From NCBI GenBank assembly GCA_963827475.1, contig CAWHAZ010000005.1:192001-256000 (forward strand): a DNA stretch of 64,000 nt, read 5' to 3'. The position numbers and the translations under genes are program-made. Below are positions 31,995 to 42,156 of this stretch, piece after piece. Source of the stretch: an uncultured Chloroflexia bacterium. Lineage in GTDB: Bacteria; Chloroflexota; Limnocylindria; QHBO01. The notes below the pieces were generated by a model, which did no database searches, was not told where the DNA came from, and was given only the letters and a program-made list of their open reading frames with translations. Position 1 is the first letter of the stretch, and each line of letters opens with the position of its first letter.

Positions 31995-33266
31995 GGATCG
32001 CCGTCGTCGGGCTCGGCCACATCGGACTGCCGCTGGCGGTCCAGTACGCCAGCCGCGGGCACGAGGTGATCGGCTGCGACCTCGACGGCCGGGTGGTGGA
32101 GGCCATCAATCGCGGCGAATCGCCCCACGATGACGAGCCGGAGGTCTCCGACCTCGTCCCGGCGCTCGTCCGCGACGGACGCCTGCGGGCCACGACCGAT
32201 GACGCGGCCGGGGTCCGGGAGGCGGAGACGGTGGTCGTCATCGTTCCGGTCGTGGTCGACGAGGCGCGCCAGGTCGACTTCTCCCAGATCGACGCCGCCA
32301 CGGCCGAGGTCGCGCGCGGTCTGCAGGCCGGCACCCTGGTCATCTTCGAGACCACGCTGCCGATCGGCACCACGCGGGACCGGCTGGGGCCGATGCTCGA
32401 GGCAGGCTCCGGGCTCCGTGCCGGAACGGACTTCGACCTTGCCTTCTCCCCGGAGCGGGTGCTCGTCGGCCGCGTCCTGGTCGACCTCCGCCGCTACCCG
32501 AAGATCGTTGGCGGGACGAGCGCGCAGGCCACGAACCGGGCTGTCGCGTTCTACGGCGCGGTCCTCGACCCCGGAACGGAGATCCGGGCCATGGCCAACG
32601 CCGAGGCGGCCGAGATGACCAAGCTCGCCGAGACGACGTATCGCGACGTGAACATCGCTCTCGCCAACGAGTTCGCCCAGGTGGCGGACCGGCGGGGGAT
32701 CGACGTGACCGAGATCATCGCCGCCGCCAACTCGCAGCCGTACAGCCACATCCACCAGCCGGGCGTGGGCGTCGGCGGCCACTGCATCCCGGTCTACCCC
32801 CATCTCCTGTTCCGCGACGAGCCGGACCTGAAGATCCCGCCTTTGGCGCGGATGGTGAACGACGGGATGGCGGCCTACGCCGTCGGGCAGCTGGGCGAGG
32901 TCCTGGGACCGGCTCGACGGCGTTCCCGTCCTGGTCCTCGGCATCGGGTACCGCGGCGACGTCCGCGAGGACTTCTTCAGCAGCGCGCTGCTGCTCCGCG
33001 AGGCCCTCGCCGCGGCCGGGGCGACCGTCTTCGGCCACGACCCCTACTTCGACGCCGAGCACCTGCGCCGGCGGGGTTTCGAGCCGTACGACCTCGCGGA
33101 CCCGGCCCCGGTGCAGGCGGCGATCCTCCAGGCCGACCACGCGGCGTACCGCGAGCTTGATTTCGCGGCGCTGCCGGGCCTGGAGGTGGTGCTCGACGGG
33201 CGGAACGCCCTCGACCCGGAGCGCGTTGCCGCGCTCGGCCTCCGCTATCTCGGAGTCGGACGCTGA
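31991..33266 (+). CDS. Nucleotide-sugar 6-dehydrogenase (WbpA-like; frameshift near 32910)
   Basis: VGLGHIGLP, FSPER, KLAETTYRDVNIALANE, GVGGHCIP; the shifted frame gives VLVLGIGYRGDV..HDP to TGA 33266. Confidence 0.9.
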
Positions 33267-34054
33267 CCACGGAGGGCACCGACCCGACACCGTCGGTCGG
33301 GCTCGCCGCGGGTCGCGGGGTCTGGGTCGTCGTGCCGACCTACAACGAGCGCGAGAACCTGCCCGGCGTCGTCGAGGCGGTGCTGGCTGCCCTGCCCGAG
33401 GCCAACCTGCTGGTCGTGGACGATGAGTCCCCGGACGGGACCGGCCAGCTGGCCGACAGCCTGGCCGCGGCTGACCCGCGGGTCGAGGTGCTGCATCGGC
33501 CGGCGAAGCAGGGCCTGGGCGCGGCCTATCGCGAGGGCTTCAAGCGGGTGCTCGACAGCCCGGGAACGATGGCGGTGGTCCAGATGGACGCCGACTTCAG
33601 CCACGACCCGGCCGTCCTGCCGCGCCTGGTCGCGCCCCTGATGCGGGACGCGGATCTGGTCCTCGGCACCCGCTGGATGCCCGGTGGCGGCACGGTCGGC
33701 TGGCCGCTCCACCGTCGGCTGGTGAGCCGCGGGGGGACGCTCTTCGCCGGGATCGTCCTGCTCCTGCCCTACCGCGACCTGACCGGAGGCTTCAAGGCCT
33801 GGCGCCGCGAGCTGCTCGAGGCGATCCGCCTGCGCGAGGCATCGGCCCAGGGTTACGGCTTTCAGGTCGAGACCACCTGGTGGGCGCATCGCCGGGGCGC
33901 GAAGATCCGGGAGATCCCGATCGTCTTTCGCGAGCGCACGGCGGGGCGCTCGAAGATGACCGGCTCCATCGTCGCGGAGGCCATCGGCCTCGTCGTGCGC
34001 CTTCGCTGGCAGGCCATCGTGTGGGCGTTCCGCCGGCCTCGTGGCGACCGGTGA
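33263..34054 (+). CDS. Polyprenol monophosphomannose synthase-like GT2
   Basis: VWVVVPTYNE, VDDESPDGT, QMDADFSHDP, DLTGGFKAW, F.ER..G.SKM. The start must lie upstream of GTG 33332 (in-frame CTG at 33263). Confidence 0.9.
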   Translation: MTTEGTDPTPSVGLAAGRGVWVVVPTYNERENLPGVVEAVLAALPEANLLVVDDESPDGTGQLADSLAAADPRVEVLHRPAKQGLGAAYREGFKRVLDSPGTMAVVQMDADFSHDPAVLPRLVAPLMRDADLVLGTRWMPGGGTVGWPLHRRLVSRGGTLFAGIVLLLPYRDLTGGFKAWRRELLEAIRLREASAQGYGFQVETTWWAHRRGAKIREIPIVFRERTAGRSKMTGSIVAEAIGLVVRLRWQAIVWAFRRPRGDR

Positions 34055-34128
34055 AGGCTTCGGGTACGATCCGCGCTCGCCCGCCCCTTCTTTGCTGATG
34101 GCGCCTGTCCGGCGCTGACAGGAGCCGC

Positions 34129-35893
34129 ATGACGTACCGCAGCCGTCCCGCGCCACGTCGCCGCCACCGCGCGCGCTGGCAGGACGAACTCCGCACCCAG
34201 CGCCTGCTCATCGGCGCTTTCGCGGGAGCCATTGCCGTCGCGCTCGGCCTGTTCGGGATGAGCGCCTGGACCGCGTACTACGACGGCAACCTGCGGCAGG
34301 TCATCGTGGTCGAGGGAACGGCCGTGCCGCGCGAGGGCCTGGACCTGCGCCAGGCGATCATCGGTTCCGAGCTGCAGGCCACCGCGGTGGACCTGCAGGG
34401 CCAGATGGGCGGGCAGCCCGCTGAGGATCCGCGCCCGCCGACGGCCCGCGACGCCCTGCTCCAGCAGCAGCTGACGGCCATCTCCGATCAATTCTCGAAT
34501 CTCACCTCGGTCGCCACCGGATCGATCACCGACGGGCTGTTCACGGCGTCGCGCGCCGACGGGCTGGGCATCTCGGTCAGCGCCGAGGAGGTCGACGCCG
34601 AGGTCGCCGACCGGAAGACCCTGCCCGCGCGGGTCCAGCTGTCGATCATCGCGGTCGACGCCCTGCCCGACGATGCGGAGGTGGGTGACGAGCCGACCGA
34701 GGAGGACTTCGCGCGGGCCGAGGACGAGGCGACCGAGATCCTCGCCGAGCTCGAGAGCGGCGGTGACTTCGGGACGATCGCGGCCGAGCAGTCGGACGAC
34801 GCCGCCTCGGCGCAGGCGAACGGCCTCGTCGGCTGGGTCGCGGAGGAGGACGCACAGTACGGGTACCTCTTCCCGTTGGCCGAGGGCGTCGAAACCGATG
34901 AGCTGGCCGGTCCGTCGCAGACCGAGACGGGGTTCGTCATCCTCCGCGTCGAGGACCGCACCGATGCCGGTCCGTTCACCGATCTCATCGACCTGCTGAA
35001 CAGCGCCCGGGTGTCGGACGCCGACTACCGCGCGTACGTGACCGACGACCTGTACCGGGTCGCCTACCGCACCCACTTCGAGGAAGAGGTCGTCGTCTCG
35101 CCCGCCCCGCAGCGGGAGGTCGCCCAGATCCTCGTGCTCAACGACCAGGGCATCCCGGTGCCCAAGCTCCGCGTTCGCCACCTCCTGGCCCAGCCGCTGC
35201 CCGGCGCGGAGGACCAGTCGACCGCCACCGAGGAGCAGTGGCAGGCGGCCCTCGACCGGGCCGAGGGCTGGTACGCGGAGGTCCAGGACCCCGATGCCGA
35301 CTGGTTCGAGATCGCGCCTCGAGAGCGACGACCCCGGGTCCCGGGAGAACGGCGGCGACCTCGGCTGGTACGACCCCACCAGCGGCGGGTTCGTGGCGGA
35401 GGTCGAGCAGACCATCGCGGACCTGGGGGTGGGCGAGATCAGCGAGCCGGTCGAGTCGGACTTCGGGTACCACGTCATCCAGGTCACCGACCAGCGCTCG
35501 ACCGCGCTCGAGTTCGCCGAGGAGATGATCGCCGACCTGCAGGCCGACCCCGACAGCTTCGGGGAGGTCGCTCGGACCAACAGCGAGGACGCATCCACCC
35601 GCGAAGAGGACGGATACCTCGGCTGGGTCGCCCAGTACGAGGGCACCCAGGTTCGCGAGGACGCGATCTTCGGCCTGACCGATGTCGGCGATGTCAGCAC
35701 TGAGCCGGTGATCGACGGCAACCAGGTCTGGATCTTCAAGCTGCTCGACAGCTCCGAGGAGCGCGCCATCGAGGAGGCACGGCTGACCACGATCCAGTCG
35801 GTCGGCTTCAGCCGCTGGTACGACGCGCTGAAGGCCGACGGCGAGATCTGGATCGATACCCAGCTCCAGGCGGCGCCCGCGCCGGCGGCCTAG
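34129..35893 (+). CDS. Membrane-anchored PpiC/parvulin-type peptidyl-prolyl isomerase (PrsA/SurA-like; frameshift near 35320)
   Basis: N-terminal TM; FGTIAAEQSDD, VRHLL, SDDPGSRENGGDLGW, SEPVESDFGYHVIQV. Confidence 0.85.
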
Positions 35894-35906
35894 GACCGGA
35901 GGGCAG

Positions 35907-37028
35907 GTGGCGGACGGCGAGCGATCGGTCGATCGGCTCCTCGCCGCCGCCGGCCTCGAGCCCGGCCGCGGCGTCCAGGTCGTCGCCGGCGACCGGTTGG
36001 CGGCGGTGCCGTTCGACCCCGGGCTGCCGCTGATCGTCCTCGCCGCGCCGCCGACCGGGGACGACCCGGCCGCCAGCCTCCCCGGCCGCCACGCGCGCCG
36101 GGGGCCGGTCGCCGTCCTCGCCGCGCTGTATCCGGCCGGCCACCTCCTGCGACCCCTGCCCGAGGGCTCGCCGCGGTCGCTCGAGACAATCGACGACGCC
36201 ACGTTGCTGCCCGTCGACTGGTTTGTCCCGCCACTGGAGGCGGTGGACAATCTCGCGTCACCGCACGGCATGGCCGCCATCAGCGCCCGGCTTCGCGCCC
36301 CCGACGGGTGCCCCTGGGATCGGCGCCAGGACCACCGCTCGCTGCGCCCCTACCTGCTGGAGGAGGCCTACGAGACGCTCGACGCCATCGAACGGGGCAC
36401 GCCGTCGGACCTCGCCGAGGAGCTCGGCGACCTGTACCTGCAGGTCATCCTCCACGCCCAATTCGCCGCGGAGGCCGGGGAGTTCGACCTGACCGATGTC
36501 TACCGTGGCCTGGGGACGAAGATCATCCGCCGCCACCCACACGTGTTCGGCGAGGTGGCGGTGAGTGGCGTGGACCAGGTGGTCGCCAACTGGGAGTCGA
36601 TCAAGTCGTCCGAGCGCGAGGACGCCGGGCGGCCGCGCGCGTCGTTCGCGGACGTGGCGCGCACGCTGCCCGCCCTGCCCGCCAGCCGGGAGATCCAGGA
36701 ACGGGCATCGGCCCTCGGCTGGGACTGGCCCGACGTGGACGGGGTCTGGGAAAAGGTCGGGGAGGAGCTGGACGAGCTGCGGGACGCTGCGGCCGAGCCC
36801 GCGGCGCCGGAGGAGCGCCTCCACGAGCTGGGTGACGTCCTGTTCGCGCTCGCCAACCTGGCCCGCTGGCTGGGCGTCGATCCGGAGGAGGCGCTCCGGT
36901 CAGCGAACCACCGCTGGGTCGATCGCTACGCGGCAGTCGAGGCGCTTGCCACGGAGCGGGGCCTGGTCCTGGCCGACCTGGACGCCGAGGCCAAGGACGA
37001 GCTGTGGAACGAGGTCAAGGGCCGATGA
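35907..37028 (+). CDS. mazG: Nucleoside triphosphate pyrophosphohydrolase MazG
   Basis: LRAPDGCPWD, EEAYE, EELGDL, IRRHPHVFG, ELGDVLF. Confidence 0.93.
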   Translation: MADGERSVDRLLAAAGLEPGRGVQVVAGDRLAAVPFDPGLPLIVLAAPPTGDDPAASLPGRHARRGPVAVLAALYPAGHLLRPLPEGSPRSLETIDDATLLPVDWFVPPLEAVDNLASPHGMAAISARLRAPDGCPWDRRQDHRSLRPYLLEEAYETLDAIERGTPSDLAEELGDLYLQVILHAQFAAEAGEFDLTDVYRGLGTKIIRRHPHVFGEVAVSGVDQVVANWESIKSSEREDAGRPRASFADVARTLPALPASREIQERASALGWDWPDVDGVWEKVGEELDELRDAAAEPAAPEERLHELGDVLFALANLARWLGVDPEEALRSANHRWVDRYAAVEALATERGLVLADLDAEAKDELWNEVKGR

Positions 37029-38227
37029 GCGTTCGGGTGGCATTGGTCGGCCACGCGTCGTTCCCCGACGACACGCGGCTCCGCCGCCAGTCGGAAGCCC
37101 TCCGCGACGCGGGGTACGGCGTCGACGTCTTCGGCCTGCGGGACCCGGGGCAAGCGGAAGAGGAGGACTGGCACGGCGTGCGGGTCATGCGGTTGCCCGT
37201 GCGCCGGGCGTTCACCGGCTTCGCCGGGCATCTCGCCGAGTACCTCGCCTTCGCCGGCCTCGCGTCGGTACGGCTGGCGGCCGAGCATCGGCGGCGGCGC
37301 TACCGCCTGGTGCAGGTCGCCACGCTTCCGGACTTCCTCGCGTTCGCCGCCCTCCCCGTACGACTGACCGGCGTCCCGCTCCTGTTGGACCTGCACGAGG
37401 ACATGCCGGAGTTCTTCCGTGACCGCTTTCGCAGCCACGGCCTCCAGCTGCTCTTCCCCATCGTGTCCGTCGCCACCCGCGCCAGCGCGGCTGTCGCCGA
37501 CCAGATGATCACGGTCCACGAGCCGCTGCGCCAGCTCGCGCTCGCCCGCGGCGTGTCCGCGTCGCGGATCTCGGTCGTGATGGATGGGGCGGACGAGCGC
37601 CTGTTCGACCCCGCCCGCTACCCTCGTCGCCCGTTCAGGGCCGAGGGCAGGCTGCGGCTCATCCACCACAGCAACCTCCAGCGCATCTATGGCCTCGACA
37701 TCGCGGTGGCGGCCATGAGCCATCTGGACCCGGACGTCGATGCCCACCTGGACATCTACGGCGACGGCCCGTTCCGGGCGGATGTCGAGGCGGCCATCAC
37801 CCGCCACGAGGTCGGTGATCGCGTCACGCTGCACGGCCGGGTCGCGCAGGACGACCTTCCCGCCATCCTGGCAGCAGCCGACATCGGGCTGGTCCCGTCC
37901 CGACCGGAGCCGTACATGGCGTACTCGCTGTCGACCAAGCTGCTCGAGTACGTGGCGATGGGCGTGCCGGTCATCGCGACCGACCTGCGCACGTTTCGGG
38001 CCCACTTCGACGGGTCCGCGATCCACTACGTTCCCGGAAACGACCCGCGGGCCCTGGCCGGCGCGATCGCGGACCTCGCCCGGGACCCTTCGGCCGCCGC
38101 GGCACAGGCGGCGGAGGCCTCGCGCCAGGCGCGCCCGTACGCCTGGGCCATCCAGAAGGCCCGGTACCTGGCGATTGTCGGGGAACTCGTGGCGCGCGGT
38201 AGACTCGGGGCGCCGAGCGGGGCGTAG
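37025..38227 (+). CDS. Glycosyltransferase family 4
   Basis: DTRLRRQSEAL, LDLHEDMPE, STKLLEYVAMGVPVI; its stop lies inside tRNA-Pro. Confidence 0.88.
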   Translation: MSVRVALVGHASFPDDTRLRRQSEALRDAGYGVDVFGLRDPGQAEEEDWHGVRVMRLPVRRAFTGFAGHLAEYLAFAGLASVRLAAEHRRRRYRLVQVATLPDFLAFAALPVRLTGVPLLLDLHEDMPEFFRDRFRSHGLQLLFPIVSVATRASAAVADQMITVHEPLRQLALARGVSASRISVVMDGADERLFDPARYPRRPFRAEGRLRLIHHSNLQRIYGLDIAVAAMSHLDPDVDAHLDIYGDGPFRADVEAAITRHEVGDRVTLHGRVAQDDLPAILAAADIGLVPSRPEPYMAYSLSTKLLEYVAMGVPVIATDLRTFRAHFDGSAIHYVPGNDPRALAGAIADLARDPSAAAAQAAEASRQARPYAWAIQKARYLAIVGELVARGRLGAPSGA

Positions 38228-38294
38228 CGCAGCCTGGTAGCGCACCTGCTTTGGGAGCAGGAGGCCGGCGGTTCGAATCCGCCCGCCCCGACCA
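38218..38294 (+). tRNA. tRNA-Pro (anticodon TGG)
   Basis: CGGGGCG acceptor stem, GCGC D-stem with CTGGTA loop, CCTGC-TTTGGGA-GCAGG anticodon arm, GGTTCGAATCC, encoded CCA. Confidence 0.97.
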
Positions 38295-38317
38295 CCGCGG
38301 AGGACCACCACCGGACG

Positions 38318-39007
38318 ATGCCGCCAGCCGAGCCGACGCGCCAGCCGACGGGCGAGCTGCTGGTTCCCGTGGCGCCGACCTCGACCGGTTATCGGCTCGC
38401 GAAGCGCGGCCTCGACATCGGCGGTGCGCTCGTGGGTCTCGTCGTCACCTCGCCGGTGCTCGGGATCGTGGCCGTCGCCGTCAAGCTCGACTCACCCGGA
38501 CCGGTCCTGTTCCGCCAGATCCGGCTGGGGTGCGGCGGGCAGCCATTCACCGTCCTGAAGTTCCGGACGATGCACCTCAGCGCGGACGAGCGCCGACACC
38601 AGGACCACATCCGGGAGCTGCTGCGGACGGGCGAGGCGGCCACCGAGGACACGACCTGGGCGCCCATCGCCGCCGACCCGCGGGTGACCCGGATCGGAGG
38701 GTTTCTCCGGCGCTCGCACCTCGACGAGCTGCCCCAGTTTCTGAACGTCATACGTGGCGAGATGAGCCTCGTCGGGCCTCGACCGCCGATCCCGTACGAG
38801 GTGGCGCTGTACGAGCCGTGGCAGCTGGCCCGCCTGTCGGTGGTGCCCGGGCTGACCGGTCTGTGGCAGGCCTACGGTTGGGGCCGGCTCAACTTCGCGG
38901 AGGGCGTGAAGCTGGATCTGGAGTACGTCCGGCGACGGTCGCTCGGCCTCGACCTGAGGATCATCCTCCGGACGCTGTGGCAGCTGCTGGCCGGTCGCCA
39001 GTTCTGA
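38318..39007 (+). CDS. Sugar transferase (priming phosphoglycosyltransferase)
   Basis: KRGLDI, KFRTM, DPRVTRIG.FLR, LDELPQF.NV..GEMSLVGPRP, PGLTGLWQ. Confidence 0.95.
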   Translation: MPPAEPTRQPTGELLVPVAPTSTGYRLAKRGLDIGGALVGLVVTSPVLGIVAVAVKLDSPGPVLFRQIRLGCGGQPFTVLKFRTMHLSADERRHQDHIRELLRTGEAATEDTTWAPIAADPRVTRIGGFLRRSHLDELPQFLNVIRGEMSLVGPRPPIPYEVALYEPWQLARLSVVPGLTGLWQAYGWGRLNFAEGVKLDLEYVRRRSLGLDLRIILRTLWQLLAGRQF

Positions 39008-40487
39008 CCGCGGCCGGGAGCGCCATCGAGCCGAGGCCGAGGAGGAACCAGAACAGGAACGCCGCCGTGTTTCCCTCCAGCAGCATGGTGGTGAAGACGG
39101 CGACCACGACGGTGACGACCCCCGACACGATGCCGGCGGGCACGCTGAATCGACTCCCCGCTGCCTTGCGGAACGCACGGATCGGCGCCCACAGGGCGAC
39201 GCCGATCATGGCCAGGAAGGCGGCGATACCGGCCACGCCACCCTCGACCCCGAGGTGCAGCCAGAAGTTGTCGACCGTCTCCTGGTTGGTGAGCAGGCGA
39301 TCGGTCTGGAACCGATCGTGGATCGGCGAGCCGAAGACGGACGCCGCGGCGCCACCGTATCGGCCCGGCCCGACGCCCAGGACGGGGTTGTCCTCCAGGA
39401 TCGGGAGGCCGTTGACGACGAACAGGGTGCGGAGGTCACGCATCTCGCCGATGGCCCCGATCCGGTTGATCGTGCTCTGCAGCGGGTCCACGCTGGTCGA
39501 GCCGCCGGTCAGGAGGCCCTTGGGCATGACCACCGCCGTGCCGTAGGCGACGACCATGATCAGAGCGAAGGCCACGAAGGCCCGCCGGTCGATGATGAGG
39601 GCCACTCCTCCAAGACCGACCGCCGCCCCGATCCACGATCCGCGCGAGTAGGTGAGGACGAGGGCCAGACCCATCGCCAGCGCCGCGCCGAGAATCAGCC
39701 AGCGCCGTCGACCCGGGGGCGTTCTGACCAGCGAGAAGATGGTGAACGGCAGGGCCATCCCGATGATCGTGCCGAGGATGTTCGGGTCCGCGACCAGCGA
39801 ACCCATCCGCACGCCTTCACCGGACTGACCGACGACCGGGGTGATGCCCAGCAGGCTCGGAGTCAGCAGCGCCTGGAGGATCGCGATGCCGGAGGCGATG
39901 GCGACGACGATCGCCGCGGCCCACATCGTGCGGTGCAGCTGGTCGTGCGTGTAGCCGACCATTCGCGGAAGGTAGAAGAGCACGGCGGCATCCAGCGTGA
40001 AGATCATCGCGGCGGCGGCTACCACGGGCGGCACCGCGTTGACGACCGCCGACAGCGCGCTCACCGCCAGGAAGACGGCCAGCGCCAGGCTGAAGGGGTG
40101 TCGGATCGCGCCGACCAGCGTACGGCGACGGGCGCTCACGACGACCAGGATTGCGGCGATGACCAGCAGCAACCCTTCCGAGAAGAAGCGGGCCACGTCG
40201 CGCGCACCGACGGGAAGCAGATTCTGGGTCGCATACAGGTCGACCAGGGGCGGCGAGAGCACGAGCGCCACGAGGATCGCGCGCGGCCAGCGAAGTGCGG
40301 CGACACCGAGGAGGACCAGCAGGCCGGCACCCAGGAGGAGGAACGCCAGAGTGGACAGGTGGGCCGCCCCGATCGTCGCGATGCCGAGCGCACCAATGGC
40401 CACCGCGGCGACCGTGGCCGGTATCCAGACCAGCTCGCCACCTCGGGCCGAAGGCGAGCTCGCCCCCGTGGTCACGCGTGAAGACAT
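38961..40487 (-). CDS. O-antigen ligase/polymerase-family membrane protein
   Basis: Many TM segments, DPNILG, TYSRGSW, PVLGVGPG, DNFWLHLGVEGG. Confidence 0.85.
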   Translation of the reverse strand: MSSRVTTGASSPSARGGELVWIPATVAAVAIGALGIATIGAAHLSTLAFLLLGAGLLVLLGVAALRWPRAILVALVLSPPLVDLYATQNLLPVGARDVARFFSEGLLLVIAAILVVVSARRRTLVGAIRHPFSLALAVFLAVSALSAVVNAVPPVVAAAAMIFTLDAAVLFYLPRMVGYTHDQLHRTMWAAAIVVAIASGIAILQALLTPSLLGITPVVGQSGEGVRMGSLVADPNILGTIIGMALPFTIFSLVRTPPGRRRWLILGAALAMGLALVLTYSRGSWIGAAVGLGGVALIIDRRAFVAFALIMVVAYGTAVVMPKGLLTGGSTSVDPLQSTINRIGAIGEMRDLRTLFVVNGLPILEDNPVLGVGPGRYGGAAASVFGSPIHDRFQTDRLLTNQETVDNFWLHLGVEGGVAGIAAFLAMIGVALWAPIRAFRKAAGSRFSVPAGIVSGVVTVVVAVFTTMLLEGNTAAFLFWFLLGLGSMALPAAVRTGDRPAAATASGG

Positions 40488-40542
40488 GCCGACACCCTGA
40501 GCCATTCTAGGGGGCGATCGGATTCGGCAGTCGCGGGCAGGC

Positions 40543-41985
40543 TCACTGCGGTGGCCCCGCCTCGGTCGTGGCCATGTACCACCCGGTCAGGGTCTCATCC
40601 GGTCCGAGCAGGGTCGCCATCCGATCCCGGATCGCGTCGCGATCGGGGAAGAGGAGGTAGTAGACCAGTGGATTCGGGCCGACCTCCACGTACTCGGGCC
40701 AGCCCAGCACGACCCGCTCGACGTCGCCGGACGCGATGAGCGGGGCCAGGGTGGCCAGGTCGCCGACCTGGGACCGCGGGAAGTCGGTGGTCACCGTCTC
40801 GGACACCGCGCTCAGGAGGCCCGGGAACGCGATGAACAGGTTGGTGGCGGCCACCTGCTGCTGGAATGCGAGCAGGAACTCCTGCTGGCGCGCGGCGCGC
40901 AGGAAGTCGTCCTGGGTCTCGACGGTGCCGTCCGGCATGGTCATCGTGCCCTGTCGGATCCGGGCAAAGGCCAGCGCATGCGCGCCGTCGTACTGCCGAC
41001 ATCCGGCCTCCAGCACGATGCCGTACTTCGGATCCCACGTCGGGCCGCCGTATTCGGGGTCGGCCAGGACGCCCGGGAGGCACAGCTCGATGCCGCCCAT
41101 GGCGTCGACCAGGGCGGCGAACCCGAGGAGATCGACCCACGCGACGTGCTGGATGTCGAGGCCGACGTACAGCCCGACCGCCTGGCGCAGGGTGGACACC
41201 CCGCAGTCTTCTCCGGCCGCCAGGTCGGGGCACCACAGGTCCGGATCGTCGTTGGCAGCCGACGCGAGCTCGTTCACCCGACGGGGATAGAGCCCGTCGC
41301 CATAGACGCGGCGGTCCGGCAACGGCACGTACCCGGTGTCGCGCGGAATGCTGATCAGCGCCGCGGTGCGGGACACCGGGTCGATGGAGGCGACCAGCAG
41401 GGTGTCGGTGTTCTCGTCGACGCGTCCCGGGCCACTGTCATAGCCGATGAGCAGGATGTTCACCCGCTCGGTCCCGTCCCATCCGTAGGTCGGGTCGACG
41501 GGGTCCGGGTGGCTCCCGATCGACGGGGGCTCGTACGACGAGCCGACCCGTGGATCGAAGATCCGCGCCAGCGCCTGGTCGGCGGCCACGGTGGCGGTGG
41601 CGAGCCAGGTGTGCATGGCCACCGTGATGATCATCAGCAGGACGACGACCGCGACGGTGGCCGGGGTTCGCGGTCGGGTGGGAATCGGCGTCAGGCCCGC
41701 CTCACCGATGGATGCCAGCCGCCAGCCGAGGAGGCCGATGTTCAGCAGGAGGACCACCAGCAGGGCTCCGGGCACGACGAGGACACGAAGCAGGATTTCG
41801 GTGCCCAGGAGCACCGCGCCGGCGATCATCCCGACCAGGAGCAGGATCGGTGCGGCAAAGAGCAGGCCGCGGCGGGTCCGTCCGGCGTAGGCTTGGCCGA
41901 GTCCGGGGAACAGGAACGAGAACGCCGCGGCGAGCGCGGCGTTGGGTCGGTGAGCCACCCGGCGGACCGGGGGCAGGTCAGTCAT
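40543..41985 (-). CDS. LCP (LytR-CpsA-Psr) family protein
   Basis: NILLIGYD, NTDTLLV, ISIPRD, LAFARIR, DDFLRAARQQ. Confidence 0.92.
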   Translation of the reverse strand: MTDLPPVRRVAHRPNAALAAAFSFLFPGLGQAYAGRTRRGLLFAAPILLLVGMIAGAVLLGTEILLRVLVVPGALLVVLLLNIGLLGWRLASIGEAGLTPIPTRPRTPATVAVVVLLMIITVAMHTWLATATVAADQALARIFDPRVGSSYEPPSIGSHPDPVDPTYGWDGTERVNILLIGYDSGPGRVDENTDTLLVASIDPVSRTAALISIPRDTGYVPLPDRRVYGDGLYPRRVNELASAANDDPDLWCPDLAAGEDCGVSTLRQAVGLYVGLDIQHVAWVDLLGFAALVDAMGGIELCLPGVLADPEYGGPTWDPKYGIVLEAGCRQYDGAHALAFARIRQGTMTMPDGTVETQDDFLRAARQQEFLLAFQQQVAATNLFIAFPGLLSAVSETVTTDFPRSQVGDLATLAPLIASGDVERVVLGWPEYVEVGPNPLVYYLLFPDRDAIRDRMATLLGPDETLTGWYMATTEAGPPQ

Positions 41986-42156
41986 GTGGACACCATGAAG
42001 CAGAGTCGGGACCAGGGCGGGAAATCGAGTATAGCAAGCGGCTGGTCGGGGCCCGGAAGTGGTGCCCACGAGCACCGATTGGGTAGTACGGACGGGTTAG
42101 TACCTTTGCGCCCTCCCTCGAGCCCCCCATAGACTGAATCGACAGCGAGACGGAGC

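Noticed and set aside
38218..38294. tRNA-Pro as an island integration site
   Set aside because: No integrase and no duplicated tRNA 3' end noticed by eye in the window
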